Assembly: GCA_905178155.1 (NCBI GenBank)
Contig: CAJINV010000006.1
Location: forward strand, 2,644,658 to 2,708,657
Source of the DNA: Amoebophrya sp. A120
Taxonomy: Eukaryota > Protista > Dinoflagellata
Direction of reading: 5' to 3'
DNA length: 64,000 nt
Position 1 is the stretch's first letter. Each line of letters begins with the position of its first letter. The notes below the pieces were generated by a model. It was not told the DNA's origin, did not search any database, and worked only from the letters and a program-made list of their open reading frames with translations. Below, one piece after another: positions 50,401 to 61,883 of this stretch. The translations under genes and the position numbers were made by a program.

Positions 50401-53400
50401 GTGATCATCGAGTTGCCGGTATTCTGAGTGAAAACGTCTCCACCCCAGAGTTGTCATGCAGATTTGCAATGACAGGAGCGTTTGCGATGCGCTTTCCCAT
50501 GATAGGCATTTTCAATCGCGTTTGGAAGTTGTAATGCTGTAAACACGATAAGCAGATAGATTTGCAACGCGGCTGTCCTCGCCAGCCTGCACTACACTAC
50601 GGACTGCAACTTGTGATGCGTGACTGCCAAAGCTTCTGCACTTGTGTTGCGAGATCCCGAGCTTGACTCTGAGGCGGGGACGTTTTTACACAGGATAGCC
50701 GGGGGCGGCCGCCGGCGAACGGCGTGTGTTGGGGCTGCACGAGGCAAAAGTTTACGCCGAATTCGCTACCATAAAGGTGTCCAAGCCTTCATCGGCATCG
50801 GCTACGGCATCGAGCACCTATACTCATACCAGCACCCCGAACGGGGCGGATCGACTTGTCGACGGAGAAATGGGTACCCTCGCGCAGACCGGAGTGGACC
50901 AGGGCGCGCAGAAGTGCCCCTGGCTGCAAATCGACCTGGGGTCTTCGCAGCATGTCGGGCATGTGGATCTCTATACCGCAGATCGGACTTCAAGGCTGGC
51001 CTTTCTGTTTTTTGCAACGGCAACGTTAGCGCTTGATGAAAACACATTTCTGGACGATTCAGACCTAGATACGATTTCTTCCTCTCTTAACGACGTGGGC
51101 TTCCGGGTTTTGGTGGCGTCCACGCCCCGGACCGCGTCAGCAGGCGATGCGTGCCCCGCCGTTCCGGGCGAAGCGGGAGCGAGTGACGCGAAACTCTGCG
51201 AGTTGGTGTCGTACGACGGCGGCAAAGGGCGCGACCGGTTCAAAAACGTGTTCTTTGATGCGAGTGGGGAGAAGAGGCAGGTGTCGGACACCGGCGGCCC
51301 GGGTGCGGAGGGGACATACGACCTGCTCTATCCTGAGTAAAAACGTACCCACACCAGAGTCAGGATGGGGAATCTGCTAGACAAATCAGCCAGCTTTGGT
51401 TGTTTGGCATGACAAGTTTGTCCGCGTAGTGTAGTGCTGTTTGAGCTAGTTTAGCAGCATTACAGATCTAGCATCTCGTGCTGATTGGAGCATGACAAAT
51501 TTCAAAACCGCATTAGAAAATGCTTCTCATAGGGCTCCGCATGAGAAACATTTTAAGCATGCAGAGTTGCATGACAACTATGGTGTGGGTACGTTTTTAC
51601 TCAGGATATGCTCAAGGCGAGGATCGAGTGCTGGGGGCACGAAGGACAGTACGTCATCATCGACTTGCCGGACCGCGAGGATGGATCAGGCCGCAGCCTC
51701 GGATTGCTGGAGGCCGAGGTTGCTGTCACCAGCGGCGGTGCTCTGGAAAGCGTCCGCGTGGACAAGACTTGCATATCAACTGTAAAAATGTCTGGGTCTG
51801 GAAGATTGCAACTTGTGATGCTGTCTCTGCATTTTACAAAAATGAATCTGTATTGCATCCCCAGCAAGAGGGCTCCAGTTTGTGCTACATGGAGAGGGTA
51901 TTTGTTCTCATGCGAGATAGGCATCAGAAAGCCCACTAAAAATCTGTGATGCCAGGTTGTGCATTACAGACGTCATGTGTCATGTAAAATCTGCATGACA
52001 TCCAGACCCAGACACTTTTACATTTGATATTGCAGTGGGTACCTTGAGTCCTACGCGCAGAGCAGGGAAGGAGAAACGATCCCACTGGGAGTTGAAGCCC
52101 CCACACCGGACTTTTGTATCGACCCCAGAGGCCTCCGGTCGTACGGCGCGCCGGCGACGCGGTCACACAAGCTTCCTCCCGAAGCCACCTATATCACCGT
52201 CGGGATATCAAATGCAAAAATGTCTGGGTCTGGAAGAGCGCAACTTGTGATGCTGCCTTTGGATGCCTAAAAAATTTGTGTTGCATGAGCAGCAAAAGGA
52301 TTCTAATTTTTGCTACGCGGAGAGGGCATCTGTCATGCGGATTAGGCATCAAGAATCCCTCAAAAAACCTGTGATGCTAGGGCATGCATCACAGACATCA
52401 TGGGTCATGCAAACTGTGCATGACAAGTCTCAGAATCTTCCAGACCCAGACATTTTTGCATTTGATACGGGAAGCAGTACCGCAATTACTGTTGCGTCGA
52501 GACGTGCGAGAAAGCCACCGTGGAGAACAAGCACTGCGAACGCCAGGACATCGTGGAGGCCTTCGGGGTATCGAATGCAAATATCGATCTGGGTCTGGAA
52601 ACTTGTAATGCTAAAAGTGAACAATGAGAGTTCCACTGCAATACGCAGCCAAGCATGACAAATTTTTGGGCTCCTATCATGTGTTGATTCTTCCGCATGG
52701 CAAACTACGTTTTTGCATGACAGGAAAGAGGACAGCTTCGTGCCCATGCATCACAGATTCTTGAGCCATGTCAGACGTGCATGACAAATGTAGCAATCTT
52801 CCAGACCCAGATCGATATTTGCATTTGATACGGGGCCATGTGGCCCCTGGACCCGAAAAAGCTCGAAGAGCACGGGGGAGGGGAAGTCGTTCCGAAGCTT
52901 CCGGGCACAATTTGCTTCGGCGGGGAGTGCACGGTGATGGGGTGCTGCCAGCTCCGGAACCGGGTGGGGGGCAAAAAGGAGGCCTTTCTCGTTATCGAAA
53001 GGAAAAATCCCCCCTCCCCATATCAAAACGGAACTTGTGATGCTGGATTTGTGTACACAAATCCGATCTGTCTTGCTGGAGAGGACTGCAGGCCCATATC
53101 AAGCCTGAGTAGAGAGATTTTCTTGGCCTCGACGCTTAGCATGAAGAACGTCCGTGCTGTAGGCCCAACAGCATCACAAACCGCCAGCATAATGCGGCGG
53201 TTGTCTGTGGAGTTGCCTTCTTGCAAGACAGACACCATTTGTGGTCACAAATCAGCAACAGAAATTTTCGAAATAAACATACCTTGTCACTATGGGGAGG
53301 GGGGGTTTTTCCTTTTGATACTGGTGCGCGGCCTGATTCTGAAATCCACCCTACCGGACTGGCAGTCGGAACGCGCCAGTATCAAATGCAAAAGTGTCTG

Positions 53401-56400
53401 GGACTGGAAGAGTGCGCGATTTGTCATGCAGCTTTTCCATGGCTCATGAGGTCTGGAATGCAGGACCTAGCATGACAGATTCTCTGCGATCTCTCTCATG
53501 CCCGCCCTGCATGAGAAACTCCCTCCCGACTTGATCACAACTGGCCGACTTTTGGTAATCATGCAACACAGATTTCTGCATGCTTCAGATTTAGCATGAC
53601 AAGTTGCATTCTTCCAGACATCCAGGGATTTTTGCAGTTGATAGCCAGAAACACGGTGCTGGCGTTCGTGCGGGAAAAGCTGGAGGCGGTATATCTTCCC
53701 GGCGGCGTCGGGGACCCCCCCGAAGGACAAGGGAACTTTTACCCCCTGATTATGAAAGTGTCAGAATCGAAATTGACAAAGTCGAAAAATTTGTGATGCA
53801 CAAAATCGATGTCAGTTGGAGCCTCAGTTTCCAAGTGGCGCATGACAAATTTGGGTGGAGCCGAAACCCAGTCTGTCATGCTGTTTGGGCAAAGAAGACT
53901 CCTCCTGTCATGCTACTCTGGCAGCGCATTGCATACCCCTAAACAGGCCGATAATCGGTCCCATTTGCCTGCTCCCCAATACAGGCCTTCAGTGCCCAAT
54001 ATTTTATGCATCACAAATTTTTCGATTTTGTTGATTTCGATCCTGACCCATTCATAGTGATGGAAAAGGTCAGCCTGGTTGCCGGAGGCGACAGCTTGCG
54101 GAAAACAGCCCGTCGCGCGCTCGACGACGCTATCGAATGCAAATATGTCTAGGTTCTCTCCTGGAAAGATGCAAACTTGTCATGCTCATCGTCAGTCACA
54201 CAAAATTCTCTCATGCAGGAGCACCAAAACCTTAAATTTTTGCCCACGCGGAGAGAAGATTTCTCATGCTGAGTAGGCATTGCAAAGCTCCCGCAAGAAT
54301 AAAACCTGTTGTGCGAGGCTCTGCATCTTCGCAGACCTGCCGGGTGATGCAAAACCTCCATGACAAACTTGACATATTTGCAGTGCATAGACGCCGACGA
54401 GGCGGCCAGCACGGCGACATGGAACGTGACCGAGTATGACTTCTATTTTGACACCGTGCTGGACCCGACGAGGCAAATCAAGGCGCTGACGACCGTGGAG
54501 CTGGTGGAAAGGCTCAACAAGAAGATTGGGAGTAACGTATCCAAAGGAAAAACGTCCCCACCCCAGAGTCACGATGGGGATTGTGCAACACAAACCTTGA
54601 AGTTTTGGCAGCCACGTATGACAAATTGCAGGCTGTATTGTAATGCAGTTCAGCAAGGGGTGGAGTCGCATTACGAATCCATCTGCTTATCCTGTTTACA
54701 GCATTACAAGTTCCAACACACGAACGGGAATGCCTATCATGGGGATGCGCATTACAAATGCACTTGTGCTTGCAGATCTGCAAGACAACTCTGGGACGGG
54801 GATGTTTTTACACAGGATATAGCGCCCAGGTGCGGGCGACGAAGTGCGGGTATTTTGCGCAGCCCGGCGTTGTCGGAACGAGCTGGGTATGGCCTGCAAA
54901 AATGTCTGGGTCTGGAAGGTTGTCAGGTTTGTCATGCAGATTCTGCATGATCCGCGACGCCTGTAATGCATGATCTAGCATCACAGATTTTTCAAGGGCT
55001 CTCTAATGCCTATCCCGCATGAGAAATTCCCTCTCCGCGTAACACAAACTGGACTCCTCTTGCTGGTCATGCAATACAGATTTTTTTGGAATCCAAAGAC
55101 AGCATCACAAGTTGCATTCTTCCAGACCCAGACACATTTGCATTTGATATTGTGTGGACAAACCCCCGGTGGAGACGTATCCTAAGTAAAAACGTCCCCA
55201 TCCTCCCATAGTCAAGATGGGATATCTGCTAGACAAATCAGCCAGCTTAGGTTGTTGCGCATAACAAAGTTGGCCTCGTAGTGTAGTAGTCGCGTTTACT
55301 TAAAAATAGCTTGCTCACCAGCATCACTGATCTAGCCTATTATGCTGATTGGCGCATGGCAAATTATTCCAAAGCACGACTAGAAGAGGCTTGCCATTGA
55401 GCTCCGCATGGGAAACCTTTTGAGCATGCAGAATGGCATAAGAGCTATGTTATTGGGTGGGGGCGTTTTTACATAGGATAAGACGCACATCAAAACAAAC
55501 ACCACGCTGTCCAAGTGGGACAAGCACGAAAAACTTATGACCCACTCAGGTGTTACAATTTCAAACGTTGCAATAGAGTCGGGGTTTCGTCTTGCATGAT
55601 GAGCATGACAGACTCGCAGAGCTGCGTTCCACTTTCTGCAATACAAATTTCGCCAGATAATTGTAGTGGGGTTTGGAGCTCCGGATAACTTCTCATGCGC
55701 AATCCTATGAGAGTTGGCTAGATCATTCGCACTCTTGCATCACAGATTTCCATATTCTATTGCAACCGATTTGAGTATTGTAACAGCTGAGCGCGCTATA
55801 CGACTGTGGTGGAAAATCGTCTTTGGGTGCATCGTTCTCCTGGTGGTGCTCATGTACTTGTATGTCTGCTACTTGCACCCCCTGACGATGGCGCGGCTGG
55901 AGCGGGAGGAAAAAGAGCAGGAGATGGCGCAGGCGGCCTCCGACTGGGCGAGCCACTACAACGTGCAGCAGGCGGACTACACGTCGGCGCAAGGCGGGCT
56001 CTTCGGCGTGACGCTGTCCGGCGGTTTGCCGAACAACCGGGGCACGCACGGCGGCACCTGGGGCGGTCCTTCGTCCTTCAGCGGCACCGCGGCCGGCGCC
56101 GGCCGGCCGCAGTCCTGGGGCGGGCCAAGCTCCTTCGCCGGAACGGCGCGAGGCGGGGGCGCCGGTATCAAAACGAAAAACTCCTTTTCCTTGCTTTATC
56201 CTTTTTCTTTGTGACGAGATGCTGCAATACAAATTTTTAATTTTGATTTGTGCTGTGCATCTATCACAAGTCGTACATGATCGCAAATCCCCGTTTGAGT
56301 ATGGGGACATCAAAATATCAAAGGATTATTTTAAGAACATTTTTCGACAACAGGCGGCCAGCAGTCCTGGGGCGGGCCCAGTTCTTTCGCCGGAACGGCG

Positions 56401-56658
56401 CGCGGCGGGGGCGGCGCCGCCTCGCAAGCGCAGTGGTGGGGCGGCGCTGGCCAGTACTATGGGGACGGGCAGCAAGGAAGCTGGGACGGGCAGTGGGGCG
56501 GCGTCGGACAGTCTTGGGACGGTGGAGGCCACGGATACGCGGGCGGGTCGAGACAATGGGATTGGAATGGCACTGCCGGTGGGTACACGAATAACGGGCA
56601 AGCAGCGCGTTGGAACGCCGCACCTCAAGTCTACGGCAACTCGGCTTACCACTACTAA
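44401..56658 (+). CDS. Large Cys-rich single-pass surface protein with two F5/8-C/fucolectin-like domains and a Gly/Trp-rich tail
   Basis: Elements at 44467-44669, 44752-45092, 46749-47029, 47403-47928, 48331-48701, 49097-49375, 50097-50384, 50420-50697, 51329-51608, 51774-52029, 52206-52467, 52569-52830, 52993-53320, 53380-53643, 53751-54056, 54131-54389, 54538-54819, 54888-55149, 55178-55480, 55536-55800 and 56166-56349. It has three Cys repeats (TCQNFC..GWCSVKECQCGC..RTCANP), two PW(M/L)QI(G/D)LG..V.L...G(R/Q)YVII(E/D)LP..LGL.EA.V domains, and a TM segment WWKIVFGCIVLLVVLMYLYVCYL. Exon structure over about 45770-46740 is unresolved. Confidence 0.7.
49097..49375. mobile_element. Introner family F2 representative (TIR TATCCTGTGTAAAAACGTCCCCACCCCAGAGT)
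   Basis: Other copies at 3359, 4395, 23599, 27584, 29624, 31296, 33362, 40218, 46749, 50420, 51329, 54538, 55178, 62273 and 62681. Confidence 0.9.
53751..54056. mobile_element. Introner family F8 representative (TIR TATGAAAGTGTCAGAATCGAAATTGAC)
   Basis: The second copy at 1150-1455 is in inverted genomic orientation. Confidence 0.85.
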
Positions 56659-56922
56659 ACGAAGTGGAGCCACCAGCAAGTAGAAATGCAAGTTCAACGT
56701 AAGTACAAAACCAAGCGTCAAAAATAATCGATGGCAAATTTATTGTGTTGACGCAAAGATTTTTATTGTTAATTTTTTCTTCTTTTCTTTGGCAAAGAAA
56801 TTATGTTTGGTCTCTTACCTCTTTCACAGTTTTCATTTTGTTTACATTTTCAGTTTCAACAGCAAGACACAATGTTTCAACTTTTTGAGTCGTAGCAGCA
56901 GTGGTTTATAGCTTCAGTGTCA

Positions 56923-57022
56923 TATTACCTTTTCCTCTGATCCATCATCTTTCGGTATTTTGTGCTCTTATTTATTACCTTTTCCTCTGATCCATCATCT
57001 TTCGGTATTTTGTGCTCTTATT
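56923..57022. repeat. Perfect 50-bp tandem duplication
   Basis: tattaccttttcctctgatccatcatctttcggtattttgtgctcttatt x2. Confidence 0.9.
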
Positions 57023-57617
57023 TCTCAGGCCTAAGCAGGCTACGTGAAACCTAGATTTGCCAGCTCGCGTTTTTCATCTTGAAGTATTAACTAATCTGTC
57101 CTGACCACGCGAGAAGGAAGCACGACACTCAAGGAGAAAAGCACGTTTCCCATTCCAACAGACAAACAAGGGTCTTTTTTTCTTTTGGCTACCCACCCTT
57201 GTGGACGACCACAGACGCACTCATTTACAGTAGCACGCCCTGCTTGTGAGACGTTTTGCTTGGAGCTGCAGTCGTATCCCGATGAAGGACACATAGCATT
57301 ATCTAGAATTCTGACGTGCTACTTTTGCATCCGACCTGGTGCTATCATTCACGTTTTACGTTTTTTTCCGAACAAACCCTTTAAAAACTCCTTGGCAGAG
57401 CGGATCCCGCGCGACGTCCTAGCGTACTAGAGGTGGGGCGCAAGACACAAGTTTTTTGATTATCCACTTGCAGGAAGTAGACGAAGAGCAAGAGAAGAAC
57501 ATTCGAAGGTCAACATTATCATATCTCCCCCATTGCGCCACAACATCAAGAAGCAGACAAGGAAGGAGACGGGTCGTAAAGCGAGGTGGAAGAAGCGCAG
57601 TTTTGGCGTCGCGTGTT

Positions 57618-57940
57618 TATTGTGCGGAAAAATCCCCCCTCCCCATATCGAAAGCGGAATTTGTGTTGCTGTATTTGAGTACACAAATCACATCTGTCTT
57701 GCTAGAGAGGACTGCAGACCCATATCAAGCCTGAGCAGAGAGGCTTTGACTTAGGCGCTTAGCATGAAAAGCGTCCGTGATGTTGGCTCAACAGCATGAC
57801 AAACCGCCTCCATAATGGGACGGAAGCTGTTGCCCTTGTCTTCTTGCAACACAAACGTGATTTGTGACCTCAAATCAGCAACACAAAATTTCGAAAGCCT
57901 AACTCTTCAATATGGGGAGGGGGGATTTTTCCTTTTGATA
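57618..57940. mobile_element. TAT..ATA element, host context unresolved
   Basis: TIR tattgtgcggaaaaatccccc; direct repeat gtgtt/gtgtt; close copy of 52993-53320. Confidence 0.9.
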
Positions 57941-58584
57941 GTGTTCGAAGCTTATTTACATTCGCGTACATCCTCGTCGCGTGTTCGAAGCTCCTCTCCT
58001 CCCAGATCAAAGTCGCGCACTTCTGTGAAGCCGGGATATGATGATCTCCTCTGAATGATGAGTGCCCAGGTCTTCAAAGGCGCACACTGCTTTTGTGACG
58101 CAAGATGAAGATCTCATCTTCTTAGAGACCTGATCACATCATAATAGTGTGAGTTTTTAAAGCACAGTCAGAATGAATCAGTACTATCCCAGCCAGTGTC
58201 AGTACTTCTTCTATCGCTGTTCTTTTCCAGATTTATCAATCTTGCAGCTCACGATCTACTGGCGGCGTGGTGCTTTGAGGTCGTACCTGCATATCGATCT
58301 GGAAGCCCTTGCAGCTCGGGGCCGCACCTCCTCGAAGGTGCCAGTAGAAGTTCTTAGGTACTACACATGCTGCTGCGAAAGGCAAGATAGAACCGCTTGC
58401 GCGATGGCTAGCACTTTAAACCAGGAACAAGCAGTGCTATGCTGTATAAAAGGCAGTGTAAATTTTTTGGGGGCAACAACATAACAAGGAAAAGAAAAAG
58501 AAGAGCCTTACTTTGCTATGCTTATTGTTGCATTTCTCTTGAGCAGGAAAAGCATTGAAATGTGAGAAAGAAAGTAAGACCACC

Positions 58585-59474
58585 ATGCCGTTTTTCCTCC
58601 CTCCAGAATTCGATCAGCTGCTGAATTACATCCGGCAATATCAAATGTTAGTATGTCTGGGTCTGGAAGAATGCGTGATTTGTCGTGCAGCTTTTTCATG
58701 ACCCGTGAGGTCTGGAATGCAGGACCTAGCATGACACATTCTGTGCGATCTTTCTCATGCCTATCCTGCATGAGAAACTGCCTCCCGACTTGGTCAAAAC
58801 TGGACGACTTTTGGTAATCATGCAACACAGATTTTTGCATGCTTCAGATTTAGCATGACAAGTTGCATTCTTCCAGACCCAGACATTTTTACATTTGATA
58901 GGCAAACCGTCCTCCTGAAACTGGTTTTTTGCCTTCTGCTCGACCTGTTTGGCGTCGCCTCCTTCCTGCTGCCCGGTTTTGGGGAGCTGGCAGACATCAG
59001 CTACGCTCCCGTGCTATGCATTGCAAATATGTCTGGGTCTGGAAACCTGTGGTGCAAGGAAGGGACAGTGAGCACTCTGTAATGCGCTGCGCAGCATGAC
59101 AAGTTTTTCCGCGGTACTGAGTTGCGTACTCCGCATGCGAAACTGCGTTTTTGGATGACAGGCAAGCGGAGCTCTTCGCGGCCACGCAATACAGAGTTCA
59201 GAGTCATATCAGACTAGCGCGACAAATCTCGGAATCAGCGAGACCAAGACACTTTTGCATTTGATACGTGCAGGCGTACCTGCTCTACCGGCTCTTTAAC
59301 AACAGCTTCCGCATCGCAGCCCTCGGATTTGCGGAGGAAATTTTGCCGGGGACAGATGTGCTTCCCACGGCGACGCTTGCTTGGGTTTTGGAAAACACGA
59401 GCCTACTGCCGGAACAGCTCAATCTGTTGCTCGGCGTGATTCGGAATGCCAGCAGTGCACGAAGGAACCAATAG
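58585..59474 (+). CDS. Small conserved hypothetical membrane protein, 3 exons
   Basis: Elements 58639-58900 (repeat ggcaa) and 59015-59266 (repeat cgtgc) removed: MPFFLPPEFDQLLNYIRQ|TVLLKLVFCLLLDLFGVASFLLPGFGELADISYAPV|QAYLLYRLFNNSFRIAALGFAEEILPGTDVLPTATLAWVLE. Confidence 0.8.
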
Positions 59475-60671
59475 AAAACAAGGAATTAGTACCGCCTGAG
59501 CAGGGTTTGCTGCTTTTCTGAGCAGGGTTTGCTGCTTTTCCGTACGAATTGTGTAGTGAGTACGACCTTGGTAAATAAAGCTCCTACACGAGGACCGACA
59601 CAGAAACCACGGATGTGAAAAGTGAATTTTTGCAGCAGTCTAAAAACTTCTGCACTCGTAGAGGAGCAGCACGACCTGCTAGTGATATTGAAACATCAGT
59701 CGCAAACTGCGTAGCCTCCTTGCAGGAGTGATATTCCGAAAAACTTAGCTGCGCCACTTCTAAATACTTTTGACGAAGTGTGGGTTTATTGTTCCTCATC
59801 TGTCACCAGTTCACTTGGTCGGTTTCAATTTCATCAGTACGCGCTTTCCAATTGTTTTGTGAGCGGCGCTCACCAGCTCTGCAAGAACCCTGGGACGGGG
59901 TGCAAGTTGTAGCTCTGCAGGGCGACGACACTGGTCCTGGAGTTTCAGTGCCAGGAACAATATCTTTCAAATTCGCGACGCGTGCTGGCCGTAGGCTTCT
60001 TCCGCTTGATTCGCACTGAGGATGTTGGGGGTGGTCGTCTTGATATAATTACACAACTTCTGAGCGACGTTCTATTTGTTTCTCTTTGACGAGTGGCAGG
60101 GTTTGGCTCTGTTTTTCTAACACGCATTGAGCACCAGCACCGAGAGGACATCAGGGAGGTTGGAACAGACGAGAGTTTGACAAAGAGGAGGATGGGGTGT
60201 GGTACTGAACAGCCTACAACTTTTTGCCCACTAGTTTGGTCTTTTGTGCTGGTGTATGAGAGGTAGAGATGAGAAGTAGATGAAAAAGAGTTTATTGTCA
60301 CACAGAAGATCTTCAAAGATGAATAAAGTGTTGGTTTGATGTCATGCAGGGTGAGATAAACAAGCACGTGCACGGTCCACAAAATAAATTCTACCCAGGT
60401 ACGAAATCGACGAAGCAGAAAAAGACGTGGTCGACCTCCGTCGCATGCGAAGGCAAATCAGGTGTCTATTTGGGACGCAGACGAGGCCCGAAGTCAGTCG
60501 CATGTTCGATTCACCCACAACCAGCACGGGCAGTGGAGATGTGTCATGCACACCAGGCATTCCATTCCAATCCGACATAGTAAAGCTAACCAACCATTTC
60601 ATCTCACCTTGAACTCAACAGGCAGTCGCTTTTCGACGAGTTTGGGAGGTCACCGGTGGTAAACCAGAGCA

Positions 60672-61216
60672 ATGCCGTCGGCTCCTCCTCCTCGCACCAC
60701 AACCCCTCTTTCCTGCGGCAGCCCAACAACAATTACCCAATATCGCCCAAGCTGGGGCAGCTCACCAGGAATAGCGACGCGAGGGAGAATATGCATTCTG
60801 CGAATTAGTATGTCTGGGTCACTTGCAATGTGTCATGCTAAAAATCTGTGAATTTCAAGATGACTAGAGTACGCAGCCAAGCATGACAGAGTTACTTTGA
60901 ACAGTGCCGTAGTGCCTATAATAATTCGCACGAGAAACTTCTGCGCTACTCCGAAAGATGCATTTCGGAACTCGGGAGTATAGTTGGAGTTCAGCATTCC
61001 AAGTCTGGCATGAACCTTCAAGACCCAGACCACATACTCTCAATGTCGATAAGGAAGGAAAAGGAGATGCAATCGATACTGAAGAACATACCAAATAATC
61101 CGGACTGGGCCCAGGAAGTTGTGAAAGCCGCAACTGCACCGGGGAACCAGTGGCACCTTTTAGGGAACGCCAATGTCTGCTATACTAGTACAGGGTTATT
61201 TGATGGTGAAGTTTGA
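60672..61216 (+). CDS. Short hypothetical protein or 5' exons
   Basis: The frame from ATG 60672 stays open across degenerate element 60790-61051 (repeats gagaa/aggaa): ..NSDAREK|EKEMQSILKNIPNNPDWAQEVVKAA. No recognisable domain. Confidence 0.4.
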
Positions 61217-61883
61217 AGATGGATAAAGAAATGTTTCATGTACGTCGGATGAACATGAAAGAGTAGTAAAGAGAAGCACACCTCTGTCTTCGTCAAATAT
61301 AACAGCAAGCACCAGAGAGCACCAGCACCGAGAGGACATCAGGGAGGTTGGAACAGACGGTCTTTCTTGCCGCCTGAGTAGAGTAGAGGGATCAATTATG
61401 AACCTCAATGGAACATACATCGAGGCGAGATTGCGGGGTCTGCTCCTGATGAGGGATTTTTTTCGGAGCAAGGATACATTAAAAGTTCGGGTTTTATAAA
61501 TAGTTTGATTTTCAATGATGCAGTTGCAGCCAGCCGCGCGAGCTCCATCTGGGGTTAGCTCAGGGAACAAGTAAAGCAGCCGGCGTAAAAATATCTTCTA
61601 GATGCGTGATGTTGACCTCGAACGCGCTGCTGTCTATAGCCTCCTGTGGCCTGTACAGCTTAGCTTACGACCTACTGATTGTTGTAGCACTTCGAAAATT
61701 ATTCTCCTAGAGCTTTGTTTGTACTGATCTTCTAGTACGACCTAGAGGAGCAGAGAGCGAATTGTATATTTCAAGGATCGTTGTACATCTACTGTCGGAT
61801 TTGTTGTTTGAAGTTTTGTCGTATAATTCACAACACTCTCTGTTTTGAGTGCATAGAAGTAGTTTTTTTGAAGAAAAGCCAGC

